Shown piece by piece: positions 32,433 to 42,903 of a stretch of 64,000 bases of DNA. A model generated the notes under the pieces. The model was given only the letters and a program-made list of their open reading frames with translations, searched no databases and had not been told where the DNA came from. Position 1 is the first letter of the stretch. Every line of letters starts with the position of its first letter. Location: positions 164,973 through 228,972 of the IMG/VR virus record IMGVR_UViG_3300032293_002041; one strand, written 5' to 3'. Both the position numbers and the translations under genes were made by a program.

Positions 32433-32832
32433 GATTACAGTCCAGTGCTATGGCTGATTGACTATTTCTCTTTAAGAGATTAATAGTTCCAAATAATAGT
32501 CTGATAGTATACTTTCCGCCTCCAGTATACAAATCATTAGGAGACTGAAGTTCTAGGTCATATTTGGCTGTATTAAAATTAAAACCATTAGTTGTATCTA
32601 CCGGAATAAGTAAAGTTAACTTGCCAGCAGCTTCATCTATTGTGAATTTATACACACTATAGTCTAGGTTATCTGTAGAAAATGTTTGTGTGGTACCATT
32701 ATTTGTTTTCCATATTAATCTAGCACACCAATTAGTAAGATTAATAGGATTTCCTTCACTATCCTTATAAATTAGTGCTATTCTAAATGAGGTCCCCTGT
32801 TCTATTGAGAAATCATATTTTGATGCTGCCAT
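32425..32832 (-). CDS. BppU-N-like protein (paralog of 18893..19336)
   Basis: YDFSIEQGT.F...YKD....INLTNWCAR...YDLELQSPNDLYTGGG. Confidence 0.55.
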   Translation of the reverse strand: MAASKYDFSIEQGTSFRIALIYKDSEGNPINLTNWCARLIWKTNNGTTQTFSTDNLDYSVYKFTIDEAAGKLTLLIPVDTTNGFNFNTAKYDLELQSPNDLYTGGGKYTIRLLFGTINLLKRNSQSAIALDCNHE

Positions 32833-32918
32833 ATTTATGGACCATGGGGTTAAATTGGCTCAGTATATAGTATACTATTATGAAATACACCTACGCTAGA
32901 TAAGAAGTATATATAAAT

Positions 32919-32948
32919 AGAAAAGGACTGGTATTGCTACCAGCCCTT
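32919..32948 (-). terminator. Rho-independent terminator after the major capsid gene
   Basis: Minus strand GGGCTGGTA-GCAA-TACCAGTCC followed by TTTT. Confidence 0.8.
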
Positions 32949-32978
32949 ATTCTATAAACTATTGATTAGGCTTTAAGA

Positions 32979-33989
32979 TTATAGGGAGCCTAGTAGTACT
33001 CTACGGTTATCTAGAACAGCAAAGCCCTGCTCGGCCCATCCGTAGAAGCCAGCTCTCTTTTGACGATGAAGGGTGTCATCCTCAAAAATCTGAACTTGCT
33101 CACGAACTGGCATAATGAAACTGTCTGTCTTGCGAAGATCAAGACCAACAACAATCTCATTCTTGCTTCCTGGTAGAGTGCCACTGAGAACGTCGCTATA
33201 GAATAGCTGGTACTCTTGGCCTTCACCAAGTTCATCAAGATCGTGTAGGTTTACGCCGAATACACGATTAAGGGTTCCGTCAGCAGCTGTATAGATTTCT
33301 CTACGAGTTGTTTCGTCAACTTGATCGATACCCCAATTACGGATATCTTCCATTGACTCTGGTGAAACGTAAAGGTCTGTTAGCATACCACGGTTATTTG
33401 AAGCACTGTTACCGCCACCATTTCGACGCATAACTGTCTTCATAAGACTTACTAGACGCTTGGTAAATAAACCAGCTGAAGCATCGCTATCGTAAACAAC
33501 AATGTTACGATCAACGCCAGCAGCTAGTAGAGTGTGCCAACCGTCATCATTCATCTTCTTAACAAACGAGCTCTCTAGAACTTCCATAGCACGACCAACA
33601 ACGTCCCAACGAGCATCACGAGCATACTTTAGGAGGTAATCAATTGAGGCTCCGATGTCATAGGTTGGAACCATGACGTAATCGCCTTCAACGTGACGCT
33701 CTGGAATATGTCCGTGGTTAGGAATTGTATAGGCAACGAAGTCTTTTTCGGTGCCGGGAGCTAGGAAATCAAGAGGAAACTCTGGTGTGGCACTTTGAGC
33801 AAGTTGAATTGGCTCGAAGATACCATCTAGAATATCTCCACTTAATAGAGCTTGTCTTAGTGGTAACTCTAGAGCTTTTGCAAACTCTGAGTTAGCAGCT
33901 AGTGCAACTTCTCTATTTGGTGAACCAGAACGAACAAGTAGATCGGTAAGCTCTGGTGTTGGCTGAAATGCTTTTGTATTACCTGACAT
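32979..33989 (-). CDS. Major capsid protein (HK97-like fold)
   Basis: 336 aa; follows portal, protease and decoration genes; highly-expressed codon style; own terminator. Confidence 0.8.
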   Translation of the reverse strand: MSGNTKAFQPTPELTDLLVRSGSPNREVALAANSEFAKALELPLRQALLSGDILDGIFEPIQLAQSATPEFPLDFLAPGTEKDFVAYTIPNHGHIPERHVEGDYVMVPTYDIGASIDYLLKYARDARWDVVGRAMEVLESSFVKKMNDDGWHTLLAAGVDRNIVVYDSDASAGLFTKRLVSLMKTVMRRNGGGNSASNNRGMLTDLYVSPESMEDIRNWGIDQVDETTRREIYTAADGTLNRVFGVNLHDLDELGEGQEYQLFYSDVLSGTLPGSKNEIVVGLDLRKTDSFIMPVREQVQIFEDDTLHRQKRAGFYGWAEQGFAVLDNRRVLLGSL

Positions 33990-34016
33990 TTTTTTCTCCC
34001 TTGTTAAAGCTTTTAA

Positions 34017-34466
34017 TCAAGTTATGTTTACTGATAATTTAACGTAACCATCAGCGTCTGCGCTGCTCAAGAACTGACCAATCTTGACACTGTTGGTACT
34101 ACTTGTGCCAACTAGGCCACTTACCCCAACATATGCATCGACACCGGCAGTTGGCGAACCAGTTACCATATTAGTAGTAACTTGTCCTTGACGAAGTAGG
34201 GCAACCTTGCCGCCGACCTGTACTTCATCTTTGTGCCAGTTGATGTGCTGTCTGGTTAAGTCATAATTTACAACATCATTGAGTAGGATGCCTAGTGGCT
34301 TGGATCCACTTACAGTAGGTGCATAGCGAACGACAGCGTTAGCGTCGTCCATTGATACGCCAGAACCAGCTGTAACAACAGATACCACACCACCTCTTTC
34401 GGCAACCGTGTTCATGAAAAAAGAGATATCTGATAATGCTTCGATACGATCTGCTTTAAGAGCCAT
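34017..34466 (-). CDS. Capsid decoration/cement protein
   Basis: 149 aa directly upstream of MCP; PLGILLNDVV...GGKVALLRQG.V.T. Confidence 0.6.
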   Translation of the reverse strand: MALKADRIEALSDISFFMNTVAERGGVVSVVTAGSGVSMDDANAVVRYAPTVSGSKPLGILLNDVVNYDLTRQHINWHKDEVQVGGKVALLRQGQVTTNMVTGSPTAGVDAYVGVSGLVGTSSTNSVKIGQFLSSADADGYVKLSVNIT

Positions 34467-34467
34467 G

Positions 34468-36099
34468 TTATTCTCCCTTGTTAAGTTTTTTACCTAGTCT
34501 AGCACAAACGAATTCAACTAACTCTGCGCGAGTTGTGTTAACAGAAGACTGGGCATCGCTGCCAACACTAAGATTAACGCTTTCTTCAGCTTCTACAGTT
34601 TCAAGAACTGAAGAATCTACAGGAACTTCAGATGATGCCTTGTTCTTGTCTTTCTTCTTCATATCCTCTTCGTCTTTGTCATCCTTCTTGATCTTATCGA
34701 GCCAAGGAGGAAGTTTACCAGCAAAGAGGGATGTCATAGCATCAAAAGCATCGTCGCTGAGAGATTCAAACTTAGATAGTGTAGCTTCTGATGTTTCTTC
34801 ATCAAAGCCATAGCTAAGAAGAGCAGCTTTTCTTTTTGTCTTCTTTTCTTTCTTGGCCATCATTTCTTCTTTCAAAGCCATTTCTTTTTCTTTCTTGGCC
34901 ATCATTTCTTCTTTGTCAGTCATCATGGCTTCTTTCATTTTATAAGCAGCAATGGCTTCTAGAGCAATTGAAAGCTCGCTCTTAGTCTTTTTCATTTCTT
35001 CATCTTTAGATTCCATCTCTTCTTTCATTTTCTTTTTAGCTGCTTCTGTCTCTTCTTCTTTATCTTTTTCTTCTTTTAGTTTCTTAGCTAGAGTTTCATA
35101 TTCGCTCTTAAGAGTTTCTAGTTCTGAAGACAAAGCAGCAATGGACTCATCCTTGACGCTAATAGCGGCTTCTAATTCGGTTGTTTGGTCAGCTACTTCT
35201 GCTACTACTGGAGCAGAATTTTCGGCAGTGGAAGCTACGGCTTCGGGCTTGACTTCTACTACTTCTGTGTTTGAACTCATAATATTATTCTCCACGTTAG
35301 AGGTTGACTGATTGTAAGATACACCTGCTATTGATAAATCGTCATTTTTTTCTGTAAATAATTTATCAACTATGTCTTTTGTAAAAATAACACTATCTGG
35401 ATTAGCGGGTTTTTCAACAAATCCCTTACCAGAAAATGTAATATTTCTTAATACTCTACCTATCTTATAGTCTTCATGTTCTCCAAGACCACCATATGCT
35501 CTTAGAAATTTTGTTAAATAGGCTGTGCTATCATTTCTAGGTAATGTTTTATATTCTCCAGTTGTTTTATTGATTAAGCCATAATCAAAACCCTTGAAGA
35601 AGCATTCCATGCTAACAAATTTATTTCCTGATTCAATATCAGCAATAAGTTTATCTGCCCTATCTTTAAGTTCTGGACTACTAAAAGCTCTATAAATTAC
35701 TGATCCTGTTAAAATGTGATATTTTTCTGGAAGACTATCCATTGCAGTAGTTTCATCAATAAGAGAGCCATCTTCTGTAATTGGCCAATTACTGGTTATG
35801 TGACCGATTATAACACTTTCATCATGCTCTAGATTAGTGGGCTTATCCTCTGGAGTATTTCTAGCTAACCAGACTTCTGCTTTATCAAATATATCATCAT
35901 TTTTATTCCAAGAAGAACTAACTAGAATAGACTGAACATAATATAAGTCAGAATCATTAAGAGATGCGAGAGTTTTGAACTCTTTCCTTTTTAAAACGTC
36001 ATTTAAGCATGGCTCTGCCACAGAAGCATAACAAATTGATGCAGATGTGGAGATTTTAGCCTCTAGTCCGTCTGCTATTTCTTGGGCAAATATTTTCAT
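34468..36099 (-). CDS. Prohead protease fused to charged coiled-coil scaffold
   Basis: WNKNDD.F, NLEHD..IIGH, VSMEC motifs; K/E-rich C-terminal half with a 42-bp internal duplication (EEMMAKKEK). Confidence 0.65.
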   Translation of the reverse strand: MKIFAQEIADGLEAKISTSASICYASVAEPCLNDVLKRKEFKTLASLNDSDLYYVQSILVSSSWNKNDDIFDKAEVWLARNTPEDKPTNLEHDESVIIGHITSNWPITEDGSLIDETTAMDSLPEKYHILTGSVIYRAFSSPELKDRADKLIADIESGNKFVSMECFFKGFDYGLINKTTGEYKTLPRNDSTAYLTKFLRAYGGLGEHEDYKIGRVLRNITFSGKGFVEKPANPDSVIFTKDIVDKLFTEKNDDLSIAGVSYNQSTSNVENNIMSSNTEVVEVKPEAVASTAENSAPVVAEVADQTTELEAAISVKDESIAALSSELETLKSEYETLAKKLKEEKDKEEETEAAKKKMKEEMESKDEEMKKTKSELSIALEAIAAYKMKEAMMTDKEEMMAKKEKEMALKEEMMAKKEKKTKRKAALLSYGFDEETSEATLSKFESLSDDAFDAMTSLFAGKLPPWLDKIKKDDKDEEDMKKKDKNKASSEVPVDSSVLETVEAEESVNLSVGSDAQSSVNTTRAELVEFVCARLGKKLNKGE

Positions 36100-36102
36100 T
36101 TT

Positions 36103-38313
36103 TCAAACCTCTTTCTCTAATAAAGAAGAGTACACCATAGAATAAAATGAAGCTTTGGCCTGTTTGTGTTCATCAACAGTTAAATCTTTATTTAAGTCAG
36201 CCTTTAGTTCTTTTAACCATACACTATAACCCAATATTATCTGATTCTTATCGAGTGTATCAAGGCTTGTTAGAGAGCTAGTTACTTTATCTGGATCAAT
36301 GGGGGAAAATGGGTCAATAGAAAATAGTATTTTCGTTTTAATCAAATCTAATTCTTTAGTTTCTTCACTTGATAGGCTTCTTAAATTTTTCTTATTGTAG
36401 AAATCTAATAGCAATGGATTAATAATTTGACTAATCTTGTCTTGTGCTTCCGAAGCCCATAATAATAGTTTAGCTCCAGTCTGTGGTTTGAAGACTTTAG
36501 TTTTTCTCTGTTCGGAATCCTTAGAATTTTTTGGTCGTCCTTGTCCGGGAGTTCCTGGCAAAGATTCTGGCGAATCGTTTGCCAACTTCGTTGGGGGAAG
36601 GGGTGCAGCGGGCATTTTCATTTGTAGAGCTGGTGTCTCGCCACTTTTCTTTTTATCAAGCTCTAAACCAACTTGACTAGGTGTGACTGTTCCAGTTTGA
36701 AGAGCTATTTTCTTAAGAGCATTTTCTACTTGTGGATCAAACCATGGACCAGATTTTCTGACCATTCTGTCACTCTTTCTTTCTCTGTTCTCTCTATTAA
36801 GTCTTGATTTTTCCATATCAGGATCAAGACCAAATCTAGATTGTATAATTTCATCAGAGACAAGATTTCTGTCTGCTAGCTGTACTAGTAATGCTTTCTC
36901 AGTATCTTCATTACTTAGATCCATACGATCAAATTCAATTTTAGCACCATATCTAAAACCCATAGCTTTTTGAACTAACTCAATTTCTTTTTCCCAGAAT
37001 TCTACTAATACATCTCTACCATATTGTAATCTTTGTGTTAATGTTTTAAGACTAATGAAGTTGTTAGTTGTTCCAGCAGCACCGAAGGTTCCTGTTAATG
37101 TTGGAGGAATACCTAGTCCAGCATAAACACTATTAAGATGAGGAACATACTTTCCTTCGCCTAAAAATTGATGAACATTAGTTTTAGATTCAAGTAGCTC
37201 TATATCTGGACCCCATACTAAATCCATTGTTCCACCACCAACATTATTTCCTAATAATTGAGCTAACTTTGCAGTAGCTGCTTTTGTAGGGGCAATTTTA
37301 TGCTCAAGACTACCTAGTTTAAAAATACGAATATTAGAAATAGCACCATCTAGTGCTGCCATATCAGCAAGTTTGAGTTTTTCTATAACTGTGATATCAT
37401 CCATAATAGCATATACCATTGGAAAAGCCCAGCTCTGCCAGTCATCTTTTTTATAATGGAATACTAATGTTTTGTCTGGATCTAATGGATATGGTAGTCT
37501 GCTCTTAGCTGCATCAAGAATCTGGGCTGGTAGTGATGCTACAACTGCTTTTTCTGCATCACTTTTTGGGTTGTTTACAAACTTTCTTAGTTCAGCTGGT
37601 AAGATTAATTGATATGATTTTTGTTGTACAAAAGAGGCTAGTGGGCCAGCAGCTATGTCAACAAAGATTGGATCGATGAAAGTATATTTCCAAGGAATTT
37701 CTCTTTTTTCTAGTTGTATCTCTGATAAATCTTGTATCTGAAGATCTGGTTTTGCTACTGCTTGATATAGTTTTTCTGATACTTTAAGACTTAATTTTCC
37801 AGTTTGCCTATTAATTACAACATTACCTGTCTTATAGAGATTATTTAAGAATCTTTCGCTTCTATCCTTGCCTCTTACTTTTTTAAACCACTGCCTATAG
37901 AATCTTTCTATTCTTTTGTTTTTATGAACCAGTCTTATTCCCTGAGCAGCAAAGTCTCCCATCAAATCGATAACATTTTTTACTAAACCAACTCTTTGAT
38001 AAATATCTTCTGCTTTTCTAAGAATGAGCTTTATTTCACGAGGTACGGCTTCATCTGGACGAAAGTAGTCGTAATCGCTTCTTGTCAGTCCTGGTCTACC
38101 TGAAGTATTAGTATCAAGATTAGAATAGTCAAGACCATATCTTCTCATGGCACTGGCTTTTTGAATTAGAGAATATTCAGACATTGATTCTGAAGATTCC
38201 CTTAAAGCGGCCTTTTTACTATCTAGATCATCACCCCAAGCGACATATGCCTGTTCATCAATGGGTTGAGAGTTTTGAACAGCTTCGCTTTTGGGATATC
38301 TTTTTTTAGCCAT
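36103..38313 (-). CDS. Portal protein
   Basis: 736 aa between terminase and protease; size, position and helical character. Confidence 0.7.
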   Translation of the reverse strand: MAKKRYPKSEAVQNSQPIDEQAYVAWGDDLDSKKAALRESSESMSEYSLIQKASAMRRYGLDYSNLDTNTSGRPGLTRSDYDYFRPDEAVPREIKLILRKAEDIYQRVGLVKNVIDLMGDFAAQGIRLVHKNKRIERFYRQWFKKVRGKDRSERFLNNLYKTGNVVINRQTGKLSLKVSEKLYQAVAKPDLQIQDLSEIQLEKREIPWKYTFIDPIFVDIAAGPLASFVQQKSYQLILPAELRKFVNNPKSDAEKAVVASLPAQILDAAKSRLPYPLDPDKTLVFHYKKDDWQSWAFPMVYAIMDDITVIEKLKLADMAALDGAISNIRIFKLGSLEHKIAPTKAATAKLAQLLGNNVGGGTMDLVWGPDIELLESKTNVHQFLGEGKYVPHLNSVYAGLGIPPTLTGTFGAAGTTNNFISLKTLTQRLQYGRDVLVEFWEKEIELVQKAMGFRYGAKIEFDRMDLSNEDTEKALLVQLADRNLVSDEIIQSRFGLDPDMEKSRLNRENRERKSDRMVRKSGPWFDPQVENALKKIALQTGTVTPSQVGLELDKKKSGETPALQMKMPAAPLPPTKLANDSPESLPGTPGQGRPKNSKDSEQRKTKVFKPQTGAKLLLWASEAQDKISQIINPLLLDFYNKKNLRSLSSEETKELDLIKTKILFSIDPFSPIDPDKVTSSLTSLDTLDKNQIILGYSVWLKELKADLNKDLTVDEHKQAKASFYSMVYSSLLEKEV

Positions 38314-38368
38314 AATATTTTAATTCTATCATAATTAAACTGTAATAGGATTGATCTTTTATACACTG

Positions 38369-40402
38369 TTATCTATAAATTCCTGTATAAAGATCATCGT
38401 CATTGGCGCCAGAAGTGAACCATTCTGGTCCTTTATACATATTACCTTTATGGGCAACAGTATCTCTAGCATTTCCACCAATAATATCATAAGTAACTCC
38501 TTGAAGAGTTCTAGACATTTGTCTAGCTAACATATTGGCTATTACTAAAGCGCTATATCGGTCTTTTCTTAATCTACCCTTTTTACCATTTGGCATTTTA
38601 ACCTCTGGAGTATCCCATCTGTCTCTTCCTCCAGAACCTGTACTAGTTTGGGTCATTACAATAGTGGTCAATTCATTCTTGAGTTCTTCTATTTCTAGAA
38701 TACATTCGCTTAGATTATCGTATATTGGTGTTAAATCTGCTCCTAGAATATCTTTACCTTCTTTATCTAGAGCTAATCCAAGAGTCAAAGAGTCGAATCT
38801 TGGAAAAACTAAAACCTTGTCTTCAAAGTCTTTTCTAAGTCCGTGATTAGCTTGTGCTGTCCAATCAGCCTTGGCAAATTGAACCAATTCAATAAGATGA
38901 AGCCCTGGTTGGGAATCTGTGTCTTTTGTTTTATTGTAGTCTATAATAGGCCATATAAGATTTTCGCCATCTTCTAGTTTTGATGGATCATGCAAAGCTT
39001 CTTCGATTGCGACACCACCACCCTGAGCATCCATACCTATTCTAGCACAAGGAAATGTTTTCATTAAATTTCTAACTTTCCTTGCACAAAATCCATAAAA
39101 ATCATATTCTTTTATTAGTCCAGTTTTTTGTCTTTCTTTAAAATTACTACGATTAGTTGTCCATACATATACTATTCTTGAATGATCAGGATGAACTTCC
39201 AAAACCACTATACTAAAATTGTCTTGTTCGGATGCTGGATCGATACCATAAACATACTGAAGGGAAGTATTGCCTGTGACTATTGGATCAAATATAATTG
39301 GTTTATTATTGATAGTGATTGGATTCGAGTCATTGGCTACACAACTCTCTATTAGGCTTCTTCTAAAGAACCCGTCACTGTCAGCTGTAAAACATGCAGC
39401 ATATTCCATATTATAGATACCAGTATGAATAGTAGCTTTTGCTCGTGCTACCTGTTTATCATCCATGAATCCTTTTGGGATAAGCTCATAGGGTATTCTA
39501 ATAATAGAATAATCTTGCCAGTTAAAATTACTAGGAACTTCGCCCTTAAATAGATCTTCTAGTTTTCTATTATCTCCTTTGCTTTCGATAATAGCTTTGT
39601 ATCTTTTCCAATAGCTAGCAAAGTGTTTGAAGTCGTAATCTGCAGTACCAGATATGATAGCTTGATTTCCCATTTTAGTATTGAGAGCAGATAATTCTTC
39701 GTTCCATAGTCCTGCTTCAGTCATAGCTTTTCGTTTAGCCTGTTCTTTTACGTTTTGTATTGGACTAGCGCTAACCGCAGCAAATCCTGATACTACTGTT
39801 TCGTAGATATCTGGACTAATAGACGCAAATTCATCTGCAATAATAATATGAGCACGTAAACCTCTAATCTTAGATCCGTCGCCCATTGGAACAGCTATTG
39901 TCCAGCTATCCCCTAGTCTAATGGTACATCTATCAACATCTCGTCGAGGGCCGTCTTCGTTGCCATTAAATATACTTCTTAATATGGGGCTTCCTCTCCA
40001 CATAGTTTCCATATATTCAAAAATGATTTTACTCTGTCTAAAGGCAGCACCAACAATAACTATTTTAGTTCCTGGATAAAAGGTGCATTTGAGCACCGAA
40101 TATAAAGCAAGAAGAAATGACTTACCCCAACCACGACTAGCTATATACATAGGGAATGGTCGATTCCAGAATTCTTGAAGTATAGCAACCTGCATCGGAT
40201 GAAGCTCAATGTTAAATAAAACCTTGCAAGTGGTACCAAGATACTTGGGGTTACGAAGCAGTCTAATAAGATGCAAATCAGGATTCTCTATATCCTTTTT
40301 AAGTCTATGGATCATGGGATTACTAGGAATGACGAGTTGTGATACGTCACCCAGATTTAACCATGCATCTTCAAATATTTTCTTTTGTGGATTGTCCTTC
40401 AA
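38369..40402 (-). CDS. terL: Terminase large subunit
   Basis: Walker A SRGWGKS, Walker B IIIADE, nuclease GIDPAS and KDRYSA. Confidence 0.9.
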   Translation of the reverse strand: MKDNPQKKIFEDAWLNLGDVSQLVIPSNPMIHRLKKDIENPDLHLIRLLRNPKYLGTTCKVLFNIELHPMQVAILQEFWNRPFPMYIASRGWGKSFLLALYSVLKCTFYPGTKIVIVGAAFRQSKIIFEYMETMWRGSPILRSIFNGNEDGPRRDVDRCTIRLGDSWTIAVPMGDGSKIRGLRAHIIIADEFASISPDIYETVVSGFAAVSASPIQNVKEQAKRKAMTEAGLWNEELSALNTKMGNQAIISGTADYDFKHFASYWKRYKAIIESKGDNRKLEDLFKGEVPSNFNWQDYSIIRIPYELIPKGFMDDKQVARAKATIHTGIYNMEYAACFTADSDGFFRRSLIESCVANDSNPITINNKPIIFDPIVTGNTSLQYVYGIDPASEQDNFSIVVLEVHPDHSRIVYVWTTNRSNFKERQKTGLIKEYDFYGFCARKVRNLMKTFPCARIGMDAQGGGVAIEEALHDPSKLEDGENLIWPIIDYNKTKDTDSQPGLHLIELVQFAKADWTAQANHGLRKDFEDKVLVFPRFDSLTLGLALDKEGKDILGADLTPIYDNLSECILEIEELKNELTTIVMTQTSTGSGGRDRWDTPEVKMPNGKKGRLRKDRYSALVIANMLARQMSRTLQGVTYDIIGGNARDTVAHKGNMYKGPEWFTSGANDDDLYTGIYR

Positions 40403-40853
40403 TTTCGTAAACCTTTTTCATAATAGATAATGCCATCTTTTCCCCATTAGATGCTGAACCACAAAATAGTACCTTAATATTAAAAAATACTTGAAGTTCC
40501 ACTAGGTGTTTTAAAATAAAGTTTGGAGAGATTTTTATTTTGTCCCACATTTTTCTTGGAACATTTGAACCAACAGGATATGATAGTAGTTGGTCCATGC
40601 TAAACTCTAGGAGTAGAAAAGCATATTTAAATTGAGACATTCGTCCAACAACATCTTTGAATCTTTTTTCTGTGATATTTGTTGCTACTTCGCCAACACT
40701 CTTTTTTCTTTCAACGCACAGTATATTTTCTAGACCTTTAACCGAATAGTCTCCAGTATCTAGCTTTTCAGAAGCTGTTATGTGGTGATCAAAAGACCAA
40801 GGCTGTTGTTCTCTTGTGTCTACTATGATATGAAAATTATTGTAGTCTATCAT
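40371..40853 (-). CDS. ERCC4-domain nuclease
   Basis: IIVDTREQ...LDTGDYS...VERK motif. Confidence 0.85.
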   Translation of the reverse strand: MIDYNNFHIIVDTREQQPWSFDHHITASEKLDTGDYSVKGLENILCVERKKSVGEVATNITEKRFKDVVGRMSQFKYAFLLLEFSMDQLLSYPVGSNVPRKMWDKIKISPNFILKHLVELQVFFNIKVLFCGSASNGEKMALSIMKKVYEIEGQSTKENI

Positions 40854-41106
40854 TAGCTAGTATCTTGAAAAAGGTGGCTTCATATATGCTCTCCATACCT
40901 TTAATAAGATCATGATGATATTTGCACAATGTGATACCATTGTTAACATCAAATCTTAATCCTGGAAAATGTGCCCAGGTTTTGATATGGTGAGCATTTA
41001 ACTTTCTTTTTAATACACAATTTGGCCATCTACAATGATAATGGTCTCTTTTATATACTGCGCTTCGCCATTTTTTATATTGTGGATCGCCGAAATTTCT
41101 AAGCAT
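40837..41106 (-). CDS. HNH endonuclease
   Basis: C..C...AHHI...NGITLC..HH. Confidence 0.85.
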   Translation of the reverse strand: MLRNFGDPQYKKWRSAVYKRDHYHCRWPNCVLKRKLNAHHIKTWAHFPGLRFDVNNGITLCKYHHDLIKGMESIYEATFFKILANDRLQ

Positions 41107-42076
41107 TAGCTATATCACTTTGTATCATATCGTTTATTAAAGAAGTAAAAGAAGTTTCATTTAACCAGCCTAGTTGTAATTTTGCTTTAGATGGATCGCC
41201 TTTAAGGTAGTCTACTTCAGCTGGTCTAAATAATTCACTATTCACATTAACATGATCATCAGCATTGAGATTAACTGCTTTAAAAGCTAGATCAAGGAAT
41301 TCTTTAACGGAATGAGTTTCTCCAGTAGCTATAACATAGTCTTCTGGTTTTGGCTGCTGTAACATAAGCCACATAGCTTTGACATAGTCTTTGGCATGTC
41401 CCCAGTCTCGATGAGCATCTAGATTTCCTAATTGTAGTTTATCTTTAGTTTTGCCGTTGATTAATTGACCTATATATTTTGTAATTTTACGAGTAACAAA
41501 ATTTTCTCCTCGTCTTGGGCTTTCGTGATTAAATAGAATCCCGGAACATGCAAATATACCATATCCAGACCTGTAAATCTCTACCATATGGTAACTAGCT
41601 AACTTAGCTACCCCATAAGGACTTTGAGGAAGCATGGTAGTATTTTCATCCTGATATCTTTGTCCATTTTTCTCCACATAGTTTCTGCCAAACATCTCGC
41701 TAGTACTAGCTTGATAGAATTTTGTTAGTGGAGATAAATTCCTAATACCTTCTAAGATATTAATTACGCCCACGGCATTGATTTCAAAAGTTGTTGTTGG
41801 TTGGATGAAACTAGTTGCAACATGGCTTTGAGCGCCGAGGTTATAAAATTCTTCTGGTTTATATTGAGATATAACCCTGTTACATCCATAGGGATCTGTT
41901 AAATCAAATTCTTCTAGCTTAAAGTTTTCATGTTGCAAAATATGCTGGATTCGTTGAAAGTTATTGGTACTACTTCTTCTATGTAAACCAATAACATTAT
42001 ACCCTTTATATAGTAAAAGATCGGCTAGATAAGAACCGTCTTGTCCTGTAACGCCTGTAACTAATGCGGTTTTCAT
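41099..42076 (-). CDS. gmd: GDP-mannose 4,6-dehydratase
   Basis: ALVTGVTGQDGSYLA, YNLGAQSHV, FYQASTSEMFG, SPYGVAKL, NHESPRRGENFVTRKIT, RDWGHAKDYV. Confidence 0.95.
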   Translation of the reverse strand: MKTALVTGVTGQDGSYLADLLLYKGYNVIGLHRRSSTNNFQRIQHILQHENFKLEEFDLTDPYGCNRVISQYKPEEFYNLGAQSHVATSFIQPTTTFEINAVGVINILEGIRNLSPLTKFYQASTSEMFGRNYVEKNGQRYQDENTTMLPQSPYGVAKLASYHMVEIYRSGYGIFACSGILFNHESPRRGENFVTRKITKYIGQLINGKTKDKLQLGNLDAHRDWGHAKDYVKAMWLMLQQPKPEDYVIATGETHSVKEFLDLAFKAVNLNADDHVNVNSELFRPAEVDYLKGDPSKAKLQLGWLNETSFTSLINDMIQSDIANA

Positions 42077-42903
42077 TGATTATCCTTTTGTGTAACGCTG
42101 TCTGGAGTTAAAAATGGCATATCCAATGTATTATCGGCATATTGGTGGTAGTCGTATAGTATGGTTTTCATCTTATCTGTGGCCATACTAATAATTTCCA
42201 TTTCTCTTCCTTCTCTTTCTCTGATCTCTTCGTCTTCCAACATGCGAATTAAACCGACCCAACTACTTTTACCGTCCTCTATTCTCTTGATTCTTTGTTC
42301 ACGAGTAGCTTTAAGATCTTTACTAATTTTTTGCTGTTCATTAAGAAGCTTTGTATATTCATTAGTATAATTAGCGATGCTGTTGCGGGCAAACGATAGT
42401 TGAGTTTCGAGATTAGCAAGTCTCGGTATATCTCGTTCATTCTCGGACTTAGCATACTCCTTATCAACCTCTCTCTGAAGTTTTTCGGTTTCTGAAATAT
42501 GACGCTTACGCTCTTTCATGCTTCTGTTGATTAGAATATCTATGGTTATGAATTGTTTAATTTGTAGTTCTTCTGCTGGTAGAACGTCTTCTCTAAATTG
42601 CTTTATAAGATTTGTCCACAAGCTTTCAAAGTATTCTAATTCTCCAGTATCAGCATCAAACTGTCTTTTAATTTCTCCCCAAAAATTTTTACTATGCAGT
42701 TTCTGTCTTAGTATTCTTTCATCAGTTTGTTCTGTGGGGTCTTTAGCTAGCTGATTCTCTGAGATGTATCTTTCTATGGGGGCTACACTACGATTTAGAT
42801 ATTCGGCAATATCTTCTAATGATGAGGTTGCCATATTATCTCTAATATATTTTTCTTCTTCTAAACTTAGTTGACCTCTTTTTTTTGGAGGCTTAGTACT
42901 CAT
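42073..42903 (-). CDS. HTH plus coiled-coil protein; candidate terminase small subunit
   Basis: N-terminal LEDIAEYLNRS HTH-like segment, long coiled coil, upstream of terL; inference. Confidence 0.35.
   Translation of the reverse strand: MSTKPPKKRGQLSLEEEKYIRDNMATSSLEDIAEYLNRSVAPIERYISENQLAKDPTEQTDERILRQKLHSKNFWGEIKRQFDADTGELEYFESLWTNLIKQFREDVLPAEELQIKQFITIDILINRSMKERKRHISETEKLQREVDKEYAKSENERDIPRLANLETQLSFARNSIANYTNEYTKLLNEQQKISKDLKATREQRIKRIEDGKSSWVGLIRMLEDEEIREREGREMEIISMATDKMKTILYDYHQYADNTLDMPFLTPDSVTQKDNQ

Noticed and set aside
4155-42754. Short ORF-track calls antisense to or nested in long genes (e.g. 6352, 13933, 15739, 20729, 22600, 34478, 34952, 38535)
   Set aside because: Shadow frames of Gly-rich, GC-rich or charged coding sequence, with no RBS or protein motifs.
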